A DNA stretch of 61,218 bases, counting the filler. It is 4 parts of 4 records of this genome, joined end to end, with 100 filler letters (N's around TTAATTAATTAA, not from the genome) between each part and the next. Parts side by side here need not be neighbours in the genome. Positions count along the whole stretch, not along the records: positions 1 to 12,552 come from DRR378314_2708; 3 more parts are not named here. The stretch is one strand, 5' to 3'. The position numbers and the translations under genes are program-made. Numbering within the stretch: position 1 is the stretch's first letter; the number at the start of each line of letters is the position of its first letter. The notes below the pieces were generated by a model. The model saw nothing but the letters and a program-made list of their open reading frames with translations, searched no databases and was not told the DNA's origin. Positions 1 through 9,485 of this stretch are shown piece after piece.

Positions 1-929
<929 letters not shown>

Positions 930-967
930 GCCGGCCTCCCTTGGTCTCGATCTATGTCGGCGCAAGC

Positions 968-984
968 ATTCTGCGATGCAGAAT
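968..984. promoter_or_regulatory. palindromic operator ATTCTGC-GAT-GCAGAAT upstream of ccr (PhaR-box-like CTGC-N3-GCAG)
   Basis: Perfect 7-bp inverted repeat about 40 nt upstream of the ccr start. Confidence 0.5.
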
Positions 985-1055
985 CGTGCCGTCTCTCCTA
1001 AGGAGTAAAAACGACTGAGTAATATAGCAACCCCATTTGTGCACTATTTGTAATT

Positions 1056-2486
1056 TTATGACCCAGCGGATGCAGCATTTCCCTTCGCACTCGCAGAACT
1101 CTCGCCGGGATCCGATGGCGGTTCCAGCGCGATGGGCACCAGATGAGCGATGGAATTGGCGTAGAACCGCAACAGGTCGATCTGGCTCAGCTCCGGGGTG
1201 ATGACGCCGCCCGTGGTGCGGATCAGCCCACGGCGGCGCATTTGCATCACCGCACTCTGCACCGCGGCCCCATGCGCATGCTCCGGCATATGGATGGAGG
1301 CCTGCGGCATCCGCGCCAGGGTCTCCGCCAGCGCCTGCACCAGCGCGGCCTCGCTCATCGCGCCCCGCTGCAACAACAGGTAGCTGACCATCGGCACCGG
1401 CAGCACCGGCACCACCTCGCCAATGCGGCGCATCAATTCGGCAGAGAGTATCCGCGCCCGGTCCTGCCCCTCGCCCGCAGGCAGTTCGCTGACGCTGAGC
1501 GGGCGGCCAAAGCTCACCGCCGCCTGACCGGCATGCTGATAGCGCCCGGTCATCCACAACCACAGCTGGCGCAGGAGCCGCAGCATCACCGCGCCGATCC
1601 GGGCCCGAAAGCGCCGCTCTCCTGTGCGGGCGGCCTTGGTCAGGATCTTGTCCTCCAGCACCCGGTCGTAGTTCAGCGCCACCGGCACAAAGACCACGTC
1701 CTTGCTCACCTCGGCGCTGCCATCGACGATATACTTCAACAGCCCGTGCTTCGGTGGCGCCAGCGCGCCCGTCAGGCTGAGGCCGCCTTCGGGGAACATC
1801 GCCTGCGTCACCCCCGCCCGCGTCGCCAGCCGCACATAGGCCGCCAGCACCGACCGGTAGAGCCCATTTTGCGATTTGCGACGGATGAAGTAGGCCCCCA
1901 TCGCACGGATCAACAGGCTCAGCGGCCAGACCCGCGCCCATTCCCCCACCGCGTAGGACAGGGCCGAGCGTTTGGCGACCAGATAGGTCACCAGCACGTA
2001 GTCCATGTTGGAGCGGTGGTTCATCACAAACACCACCGTGGCGTCGCGGTCGATCGCCTTCAGCAGCCCCTCGTCATAGCTGCCCAGCCGCACCCGATAG
2101 ATCGCATTCGACAACAGCCGCGCCGCCCGGATGGCAAAGCTGAAATAGGTGAAGGCGGAAAACGACGGCACGATCTCGCGCGCATAACGGCGGGCGTCCT
2201 CAAAGGCGACGTTCTCCGGGATGCCGTGCGCCGCCGCGTGGTCCGACACCGCCTGCGCCACCTGCGGATCATAGATCAGCCGCTGGATCATGTCGTAACG
2301 TCGCGCCAGCTTGAACGGTTCGATCGGCCGCTCCAGCCGCTGGTTGAGCCGCGCCACCGCCCGCTCCAACCGCCGCCGGAAGAACCAGCGCACCGAGGGG
2401 AACAGGAAATGCGAGGCAAAGGTGACCGCCGCGAACAGCAGGATCAGCACAAAGGCCCAAAGAGGAAGTTCCACGGTCTGCGTCAT
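1056..2486 (-). CDS. glycerol-3-phosphate/1-acylglycerol-3-phosphate acyltransferase (PlsB/PlsC family)
   Basis: NHRSNMD (HX4D) and FPEGG motifs plus an N-terminal TM helix; start taken at MTQTVELPLW. Confidence 0.85.
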   Translation of the reverse strand: MTQTVELPLWAFVLILLFAAVTFASHFLFPSVRWFFRRRLERAVARLNQRLERPIEPFKLARRYDMIQRLIYDPQVAQAVSDHAAAHGIPENVAFEDARRYAREIVPSFSAFTYFSFAIRAARLLSNAIYRVRLGSYDEGLLKAIDRDATVVFVMNHRSNMDYVLVTYLVAKRSALSYAVGEWARVWPLSLLIRAMGAYFIRRKSQNGLYRSVLAAYVRLATRAGVTQAMFPEGGLSLTGALAPPKHGLLKYIVDGSAEVSKDVVFVPVALNYDRVLEDKILTKAARTGERRFRARIGAVMLRLLRQLWLWMTGRYQHAGQAAVSFGRPLSVSELPAGEGQDRARILSAELMRRIGEVVPVLPVPMVSYLLLQRGAMSEAALVQALAETLARMPQASIHMPEHAHGAAVQSAVMQMRRRGLIRTTGGVITPELSQIDLLRFYANSIAHLVPIALEPPSDPGESSASAKGNAASAGS

Positions 2487-2662
2487 GCCCGCAGTCTTAC
2501 CCTGCACGCGCCGCGACACAACTGGAACCGCGCGCCTTCTGCAGGTGCAACAGTCGCAGCGCAGAAATTGCCGCAACGCGGCGAATTGACAAGGTTGCAT
2601 AATTCCAGTTTACATCCACATGACGAAACAAAATTACCCAAACGTGATTCACGAGGCCCGCC

Positions 2663-4648
2663 ATGTCGCAGATGCAGAACAATCGCCCAGAGGCCCCCAG
2701 CCGGGATCGGCCCTGGCTGATCCGCACCTACGCAGGCCACTCCACCGCCTCGGCCTCCAATGCACTCTATCGCGCCAACCTTGCCAAGGGGCAGACCGGC
2801 CTGTCGGTGGCCTTCGACCTGCCGACCCAGACCGGCTATGACAGCGACCACGTTCTGGCGCGTGGCGAGGTGGGCAAGGTCGGCGTGCCGGTCGGCCATC
2901 TGGGCGACATGCGCAGCCTGTTCGATCAAATTCCGCTGGAACAGATGAACACCTCGATGACGATCAATGCCACCGCGCCCTGGCTTCTGAGCCTTTATAT
3001 TGCAGTGGCAGAGGAACAGGGCGCCGACGTCTCCAAACTTCAAGGCACGGTGCAAAACGACCTGATCAAGGAATACCTCAGCCGCGGCACCTATATCTGC
3101 CCCCCTGCCCCCAGCCTCAAGATGATCGCGGATGTGGCGGAATACTGCTACGAGAACGTGCCCAAGTGGAACCCGATGAACATCTGTTCCTACCACCTGC
3201 AGGAGGCGGGCGCGACGCCGGAGCAGGAGTTGGCCTTTGCGCTGGCCACCGCGCAGGCGGTGCTGGACGAGCTGCGGCCCCGTGTCCCGGCGGAGGATTT
3301 CCCGGCGCTGGTCGGCCGCATCTCCTTCTTCGTCAATGCCGGCATCCGGTTCGTGACCGAGATGTGCAAGATGCGCGCCTTTGTCGACCTCTGGGACGAG
3401 ATCTGCCGCACCCGCTACGGTGTCGAGGATCCGAAGTTCCGCCGCTTTCGCTACGGCGTGCAGGTGAACTCGCTGGGCCTGACCGAACAGCAGCCGGAAA
3501 ACAACGTATACCGCATCCTGATCGAAATGCTCGCGGTGACCCTGTCCAAGAACGCCCGCGCCCGCGCGGTGCAGCTGCCGGCTTGGAACGAGGCGCTCGG
3601 CCTGCCGCGCCCCTGGGACCAGCAATGGTCGATGCGCATGCAGCAGATCCTGGCCTATGAGACCGATTTGCTGGAATACGGCGACCTCTTTGATGGCAAC
3701 CCGGTGGTGGATGCCAAGGTCGAAGCCCTGAAGGAGGGCGCCCGTGCGGAACTGGCGACGCTCGACAGCATGGGCGGCGCGGTGGCCTCGATCGAATACA
3801 TGAAATCGCGGCTGGTGGACTCCAACGCCGAACGGCTGAACCGGATCGAACGCAACGAGACCGTGGTGGTCGGCGTCAACAAATGGACCGAGGGCGAGCC
3901 CTCGCCGCTGCAGACCAAGGACGGCGGCATCATGACCGCCGATCCCGCTGCTGAGGCCGATCAGATCGCACGCCTGAACGCCTGGCGCGCAAGCCGCGAC
4001 TCGGCAGAGGTGGCCGCCGCCCTCGCGGCGCTGCGCCAAGCTGCGCGAGACGGCGATAACATCATGCCCGCCTCCGTGCAGGCCGCCAAGGCGGGCGTCA
4101 CCACCGGCGAATGGGCGGAAGAGATGCGCAAGGTCTATGGCACCTATCGCGGCCCCACCGGCGTTTCGGCCTCGATCTCGAATAAGACCGAAGGCTTGGA
4201 CGAGTTGCGCGAAGCGGTCAACGCGGTCTCCGATCAATTGGGGCGCAGATTGAAATTCGTGGTTGGAAAGCCCGGCCTGGACGGTCATTCCAATGGCGCA
4301 GAGCAAATTGCGTTTCGCGCCCGCGATTGCGGAATGGACATTACATATGACGGCATTCGCCTCACCCCGCAGGAACTTGCCGCTTCTGCGCGTCAGGACG
4401 AGGCCCATGTTGTCGGCCTTTCGATACTTTCCGGCAGTCATTTGCCGCTGGTGAAAGACACCCTGACGCACCTTCGCAACGCCGGATTGGAAAATATCCC
4501 GGTGGTTGTTGGGGGAATTATTCCAGACGAAGACGCAGAAATGCTTCTGGGGATGGGGGTCGCGCGCGTCTATACGCCAAAGAATTTCGAACTGAACTCG
4601 ATCATGAAGGATATCGTCGAACTCGCGAAAACAAACACAACGGTTTAA
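2663..4648 (+). CDS. ecm: ethylmalonyl-CoA mutase (B12-dependent, MeaA)
   Basis: RTYAGHS, GLSVAFDLPTQ and C-terminal KPGLDGHSNG...GLSILSG B12-binding motifs; next to ccr. Confidence 0.95.
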   Translation: MSQMQNNRPEAPSRDRPWLIRTYAGHSTASASNALYRANLAKGQTGLSVAFDLPTQTGYDSDHVLARGEVGKVGVPVGHLGDMRSLFDQIPLEQMNTSMTINATAPWLLSLYIAVAEEQGADVSKLQGTVQNDLIKEYLSRGTYICPPAPSLKMIADVAEYCYENVPKWNPMNICSYHLQEAGATPEQELAFALATAQAVLDELRPRVPAEDFPALVGRISFFVNAGIRFVTEMCKMRAFVDLWDEICRTRYGVEDPKFRRFRYGVQVNSLGLTEQQPENNVYRILIEMLAVTLSKNARARAVQLPAWNEALGLPRPWDQQWSMRMQQILAYETDLLEYGDLFDGNPVVDAKVEALKEGARAELATLDSMGGAVASIEYMKSRLVDSNAERLNRIERNETVVVGVNKWTEGEPSPLQTKDGGIMTADPAAEADQIARLNAWRASRDSAEVAAALAALRQAARDGDNIMPASVQAAKAGVTTGEWAEEMRKVYGTYRGPTGVSASISNKTEGLDELREAVNAVSDQLGRRLKFVVGKPGLDGHSNGAEQIAFRARDCGMDITYDGIRLTPQELAASARQDEAHVVGLSILSGSHLPLVKDTLTHLRNAGLENIPVVVGGIIPDEDAEMLLGMGVARVYTPKNFELNSIMKDIVELAKTNTTV

Positions 4649-4778
4649 TTTCGCTACGCTGAATTCCGCCAAAAAATACAGTGAATGAAAAATAGATGCT
4701 GAACAGCATCCCAATTTCGGGCTAATACGTTCATTAGCCCGGAATTTCTGCCGTGGCTAAATTCTACGGAGTAACACT

Positions 4779-5099
4779 ATGTCCCTCGACCTTACCGAAA
4801 TGTCCCGAAAAGACCTGCTTCAACTGCGTAAAGACGTTGAAAAAGCACTGAAAGATGCCGAACAGCGTGAACGCACCGAAGCATTGAAAGCTGCAGAACA
4901 GGCTGCTGCAGAATACGGATTCTCTCTGGATGAAGTTTTTGCCAACCCGTCAAAGGGTGCGGCACGCAAATCCAAAGCAAGCCCGAAATACCGCAACCCG
5001 GAAAATCCCGACGAAACATGGACAGGCCGTGGCCGCAAACCGCATTGGGTCCACGCCGCACTCAGCAATGGTGTCGACATTTCCGATCTCGAAATCTGA
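4779..5099 (+). CDS. H-NS family nucleoid protein (HvrA-like)
   Basis: KYRNPENPDETWTGRGRKPHW C-terminal DNA-binding motif; GGAG RBS. Confidence 0.93.
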   Translation: MSLDLTEMSRKDLLQLRKDVEKALKDAEQRERTEALKAAEQAAAEYGFSLDEVFANPSKGAARKSKASPKYRNPENPDETWTGRGRKPHWVHAALSNGVDISDLEI

Positions 5100-5115
5100 C
5101 CCGAGGCATTAATAA

Positions 5116-5820
5116 GTGACAGTTCATATTGGAGCAGAAAAAGGCGATTTCGCCGAAACCGTCCTCATGCCAGGGGATCCTTACCGCGCGAAATGGGCGG
5201 CGGAAACGTTTCTGAGCGATGTGCGCCTTGTGAACGAAGTCCGCGGCATGCTCGGTTTCACCGGGACATGGAATGGGCATCGTGTTTCGATACAGGGCAG
5301 CGGCATGGGAATGCCGTCCTTGTCGATCTACGCCAACGAATTGATCCGGGATTTCGATGCACAAACCCTGATCCGCATCGGATCCTGTGGGGGCATGCAG
5401 CCTCACGTAAAGGTGCGCGATGTCATCATCGCAATGTCCGCAACCAGCGTGAACACGCCCTCCAGCACCATCTTCAAGGACGTGAACTTTGCACCAACAG
5501 CCGATTGGTCATTGGTGCGCAATGCGGTCATGGCCGCCGAGGCACAGGGCCTCACCCCGCATGTAGGCGGGATCTACTCCTCCGACACGTTCTATGACGA
5601 GCGGCCTGACCTCAACGAACAGATGGTTCGCCACGGCATCCTTGGCGTCGAAATGGAAGCGGCAGAGCTCTACACATTGGCTGCGCGGTATCAACGTCGC
5701 GCGCTTGCCGTGTTGACCGTCTCCGATCACTTGCAAACCGGCGAAGCGCTTCCGTCCGAAGACCGCGAACGCAGCTTTGGCGAGATGGTTGAAATCGCCC
5801 TCGCCGCCGCCTTTGCCTGA
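5116..5820 (+). CDS. deoD: purine nucleoside phosphorylase DeoD
   Basis: HIGA...[24 protein letters not shown] and VEMEAA motifs. Confidence 0.95.
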   Translation: MTVHIGAEKGDFAETVLMPGDPYRAKWAAETFLSDVRLVNEVRGMLGFTGTWNGHRVSIQGSGMGMPSLSIYANELIRDFDAQTLIRIGSCGGMQPHVKVRDVIIAMSATSVNTPSSTIFKDVNFAPTADWSLVRNAVMAAEAQGLTPHVGGIYSSDTFYDERPDLNEQMVRHGILGVEMEAAELYTLAARYQRRALAVLTVSDHLQTGEALPSEDRERSFGEMVEIALAAAFA

Positions 5821-5870
5821 TAGCCGGACCGGGGCTGCGCCACTCACCAGCCCCTGCCGGAGATAAAATC

Positions 5871-5902
5871 AAAAGGGCCGCCCCGAGGGGCGGCCCTTTT
5901 TC
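5871..5902. terminator. bidirectional rho-independent terminator
   Basis: AAAAGGGCCGCCC-CGAG-GGGCGGCCCTTTTT between the convergent deoD and DUF1989 genes. Confidence 0.9.
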
Positions 5903-5907
5903 ACGTA

Positions 5908-6771
5908 TCAGCGCCCGTGACTGCGGTCATAACCGTTCAGCCGCGGGCTCTGCCAGCCGGCCAGCGCGCCCTCCTTTGGGGCGAAGACCTCCACCAGCAT
6001 CGGATGACACGCGGCTCTGTCGCTGGAATGCTCAGCCGAGCAATCGCCCCCCGGACAGGCACTCATCGCGCCCAAAAGGTCAATCTCTGCAAAGAATTCC
6101 AGATAATCCCCGGGGCGCACGGGGCTGGCTTTCATGAAATACTGGCCAGTGTCCCGGGTGAAACCGGTGCACATGAAGACGTTGAGCACATCATGCACAT
6201 GCGGCTCCGCCTCCGCCAGCGACACCCCGAGGTGATCCGCCAGCGCCCGTGTCAGATTGGAATGGCAGCAGTGATGGTACTGGCTGCCCTGCAACAGGTT
6301 GCCAGTGTAGGGATCGCACCGCGTGCCGATCACGTCATGTACGGAGCCGCCATAGGCGTCGATCCCGTACCATTCCAGCGTGTCGGCAATGATCGTCGCG
6401 ATCGGCCGCATGGACGGCAGGTTCGACCACAGACGTTCGCCGGTGGTGACATGGGTGCCATGCAGGGCGCGGGTTTTGCCGGAGAAGAACCGCTCGGAAA
6501 TATCATTGCGGTTCCACAGGTTCAGGTCCCCCACCTGCGGCCCCTCGATGGAGGAGATGCGGAAAAACTGCCCGGCGGCGACATCGAAGGTGGCGGCTTC
6601 GCGCGGCGGCACGGTGACCTCGGCGATCTTTTCCGCGCCCACCCGCGCGCTGCGATAAAGGTCCAGGTTCGGTGTCGGCAGGGTCTCGTTTGGGTAGCAG
6701 ATCACCGGTGGCACGGCGCGGCGGGCCTCTGCATCGTGAGGAATGGGAAAGCGGCTGTTGGTGTTGGTCAT
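5908..6771 (-). CDS. DUF1989 / urea carboxylase-associated family protein (YcgI-like)
   Basis: EGPQVGDLNLW, HDVIGTRCDPY, HCCHSNL, LNVFMCTG and SACPGGD motifs; start at MTNTNSRF with GGGAG RBS. Confidence 0.85.
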   Translation of the reverse strand: MTNTNSRFPIPHDAEARRAVPPVICYPNETLPTPNLDLYRSARVGAEKIAEVTVPPREAATFDVAAGQFFRISSIEGPQVGDLNLWNRNDISERFFSGKTRALHGTHVTTGERLWSNLPSMRPIATIIADTLEWYGIDAYGGSVHDVIGTRCDPYTGNLLQGSQYHHCCHSNLTRALADHLGVSLAEAEPHVHDVLNVFMCTGFTRDTGQYFMKASPVRPGDYLEFFAEIDLLGAMSACPGGDCSAEHSSDRAACHPMLVEVFAPKEGALAGWQSPRLNGYDRSHGR

Positions 6772-6836
6772 GGTCGGTTGTCTCCCGGCTCGGGTTGCCT
6801 TGCAAGAAATGCCGCCCACCTGGCTGCACCAGGTTC

Positions 6837-6910
6837 CGAGGACAGCGCCCGATCCTGGGTGGGTGCGCAAGCGCCCTCCCGTGGTGAGGGTCGGGCGCTG
6901 CCCGTCCTCG
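6837..6910. repeat. long imperfect palindrome (REP/MITE-like element)
   Basis: CGAGGAC-AGCGCCCGA ... TCGGGCGCT-GCCC-GTCCTCG encloses the inner hairpin GGGTGGGTGC-GCAA-GCGCCCTCCC. Confidence 0.6.
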
Positions 6911-6966
6911 CGGCCGGACGACCGCTCACGCGCCCACAACAGCATTTCGCCGACAGTCAAACGCCG

Positions 6967-7000
6967 AAAGGCGCGCGGATACAAGCCCCGCGCGCCTTTT
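6967..7000 (-). terminator. rho-independent terminator after ornithine decarboxylase
   Basis: AAAGGCGCGCGG-loop-CCGCGCGCCTTTT, about 25 nt past the stop codon. Confidence 0.75.
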
Positions 7001-7023
7001 GTGGTCACATCATCCTGATGATC

Positions 7024-8196
7024 TCAAATCACCACCACATCCAGCGGCGGAAACCCGTTGAAGCCGACCGTGGCATAGGTCGACGTGTAGGCTCCGCAGG
7101 AATGGATCACCACGCGGTCCCCGGATTTCAGCCCCAGCGGCAGCTGCACGGGCTGCTTTTCATAGAGCACATCGACGCTGTCGCAGGAGGGGCCAGCCAG
7201 CACGCAGGCGCCCATCGTCTCGTGATCGCGGTCGGTGGTGATCCTGTAGCGGATCGCCTCGTCCATGGTTTCGGCCAGACCGGAGAATTTGCCGATGTCG
7301 AGATAGACCCAGCGGTGCAGGTCGCTGTCGTGCTTGCGCGACACCAGCATCACCTCGGCGGCAATGGCACCCGCCTCGGCCACCAGCCCCCGTCCCGGCT
7401 CTGCCATGACCTCGGCGGCATCGGGAAAGCGCGCATTCACGCGTGTCATCACCGCGGCGGCATAGTCCTGTGGCGCCATCACCGCGCTGCGGTAGCCCGC
7501 CGGAAATCCGCCGCCGATGTTCAACAGCTTCAGATCATGTCCTGCGGCGCGCGCGCCCTGCCAGACATCCGCCACCTGATCCAGGATCGGCTCCCACATC
7601 TCCGGCTGGCGGGTCTGCGAGCCGACATGGAACGACAGCCCATGCGGCACCAGCCCCAGTGCCACACAGCGGTCCATCAGCGCCACCGCCATCTCCGGCG
7701 CGCAGCCAAACTTGCGGCTCAGCGGCCAATCGGCAGAGGAGCTTTCGACCAGAATGCGGATGCAGATATGGGCGCCGGGCGCATGTTCGGCCAGCTTTTC
7801 CAGCTCTTCCACCGCATCGGCAGCGTAGTGGGTGATGCCCAGCCCATGGGCAAAGGCAATGTCGGCGGGTTTCTTGATGGTATTGCCGAATGTGATGCGA
7901 TGGGCGGCGGCCCCGGCGGCGCGGCACATTTCGATCTCGGCGCGGCTGGCGGCATCAAAGTTCGAGCCCAGCGCGCACAGCCGGCGCAGGATGTCAGGCG
8001 CCGGGTTGGCCTTCACCGCGTAGTGGATGCGGGCACGGCCCAGACCACGGGCAAGCCCCATGTACTGACGCGCCACCGACTCGCTGTCGATGACCAGCGT
8101 CGGGCGCTCAAAACAGGTGTTGGCAATGTAGGTGAGGTGGCGGGGGACAGGGTGCGCGTCGTCGCGGACATCCGGTCCGGTCACATTTACATTCAT
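7024..8196 (-). CDS. type III PLP-dependent ornithine/lysine decarboxylase (alanine-racemase fold)
   Basis: HYAVKANP (PLP lysine), FDAAS, SFHVGSQ, NIGGGF, AEPGRG, GPSCDSVD and GAYT motifs; GGAG RBS 6 nt before ATG 8196. Confidence 0.92.
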   Translation of the reverse strand: MNVNVTGPDVRDDAHPVPRHLTYIANTCFERPTLVIDSESVARQYMGLARGLGRARIHYAVKANPAPDILRRLCALGSNFDAASRAEIEMCRAAGAAAHRITFGNTIKKPADIAFAHGLGITHYAADAVEELEKLAEHAPGAHICIRILVESSSADWPLSRKFGCAPEMAVALMDRCVALGLVPHGLSFHVGSQTRQPEMWEPILDQVADVWQGARAAGHDLKLLNIGGGFPAGYRSAVMAPQDYAAAVMTRVNARFPDAAEVMAEPGRGLVAEAGAIAAEVMLVSRKHDSDLHRWVYLDIGKFSGLAETMDEAIRYRITTDRDHETMGACVLAGPSCDSVDVLYEKQPVQLPLGLKSGDRVVIHSCGAYTSTYATVGFNGFPPLDVVVI

Positions 8197-8320
8197 GGTC
8201 ATCTCCAAAAGACCCGGCCATATATGACCGCTCAGTTCCATCAGAGACGTTACCGTCGCTACGTAACCCTAGGGATCTGAACCCTTTCGACAGAGGCGCG
8301 TGCGTTGGCGTCTTGAGCGC
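8197..8320 (-). ncRNA. candidate structured 5' leader (speF-leader-like cis-regulatory RNA)
   Basis: Several hairpins upstream of the decarboxylase (AGGG/CCCT, GTTAC/GTAAC, CGGTCA/TGGCCG, and GGTC/GACC over the RBS) plus alternative AAGAC pairing; position matches the alphaproteobacterial speF leader. Confidence 0.5.
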
Positions 8321-8452
8321 GCGTATCAGGCAAAAACCCGAGTCGATCAAGCACCAATTTCTGCAAGTAAGATATCTGTTTTGTGCATGGCAGATCAGGG
8401 ACAAGGTCGTATGCAAAAACCCACACATCCTGTCGCCTGCAAACCGGCTGCG

Positions 8453-8650
8453 TCAGCGGCGGGGCTGGTTTCGTTTGCAATCGACTGGGGCGCCCTCGCC
8501 TGCCTCTACCGCACCGCAATAGGCACAGTGCCAGCCATCAGAACTGCGGTTGCGCCGCCAGCGGCAGTCACGGGTCAGCGTGGTGGTTTTTCGCTGCCAG
8601 TACAGGTAGGTCAGCGTGCCCAGCAGCAGGAGGATCAGGAGAACCGGCAT
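8453..8650 (-). CDS. small membrane-anchored protein with CxxC
   Basis: N-terminal hydrophobic helix followed by DCRWR...HCAYC...C; 65 aa. Confidence 0.55.
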   Translation of the reverse strand: MPVLLILLLLGTLTYLYWQRKTTTLTRDCRWRRNRSSDGWHCAYCGAVEAGEGAPVDCKRNQPRR

Positions 8651-8717
8651 GACCTGCATCTATCCAGTGGCGTCGCGCGGTTCAAGCGCAACGCCGCATC
8701 AGTTCGTCGGCGCGCGT

Positions 8718-8891
8718 TCAGGCGGCCTCATAGTAGGCGAACACAGCGTCCTGCGCTTCGATCTCCCTGGTCACCACGGGCGCTTCAGGGGTGTAGTAGG
8801 CCCAGGCCTCGTCCAACACGGCAAGCGCATCACCAGGCGCGGCAACGGTGGCTTCGGAGGGGATCTGCGGAATGGAAATCAGGTCGGTCAT
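8718..8891 (-). CDS. 57-aa acidic small protein with two AYY motifs
   Basis: Manual translation MTDLISIPQIPSEATVAAPGDALAVLDEAWAYYTPEAPVVTREIEAQDAVFAYYEAA*; GC3-rich codons; below the ORF-track cutoff. Confidence 0.55.
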   Translation of the reverse strand: MTDLISIPQIPSEATVAAPGDALAVLDEAWAYYTPEAPVVTREIEAQDAVFAYYEAA

Positions 8892-9398
8892 CGGATGTGT
8901 CTCATCATATCAGTGTCAGCGCCTCCCTCGGGCCATAATCTATGCCCGATGCTGCACTGCCGCATCCTACAGTTTTGCAACGACGCTATGCGCTTTCTGC
9001 AAGCACCCATCGCAGCCCTCAACCCTTTGATCGACCCGCCACTCTGCCCTTGCCCATCACGCCCATGTTGCGCCCCCGGCGTGCGCGCGGTTGACGGTGA
9101 ATTCAGGTCACTGTGCGAGACTGCTGCCGTCGCGACACACTGACCACAGGAGACCGGCCCGCCAAAGACCACCCCCTCATTGGGTGCAGGCTGGGTCCGA
9201 TCCGAGCTCATTTTCGGGCATGGGGTTCATCCCCCATCCGATCCTCCGCCCCAATGGGCGGCCGCCTATTTTTGATGTCGACGAGGAGGCCCCGTTTGGC
9301 CGACAGGCCGAACAGCCCCCGGCACCTCCCCACAGGAGGAGGCTACACCGCCCCCCAGACACGGGGGCCGCTGACGGTTGCTCTGCATGTCAGAGCAC

Positions 9399-9431
9399 AA
9401 AAGAAAACCCCGCAGCCAATCGGCTACGGGG
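9399..9431 (-). terminator. rho-independent terminator of sdh operon
   Basis: Minus strand reads CCCCGTAGCC-GATT-GGCTGCGGGG-TTTTCTTTT downstream of sdhB. Confidence 0.85.
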
Positions 9432-9485
9432 CAAATCACATGGCCTTGCTGCACCCATCAAACTGTTCGGATCAAACCGTTCAGA

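Noticed and set aside
6772..7020. Guanidine riboswitch upstream of the DUF1989 gene
   Set aside because: No paired ACGR-loop hairpins or ykkC/ykkC-III consensus could be matched; the structure looks like a palindromic repeat plus a terminator.
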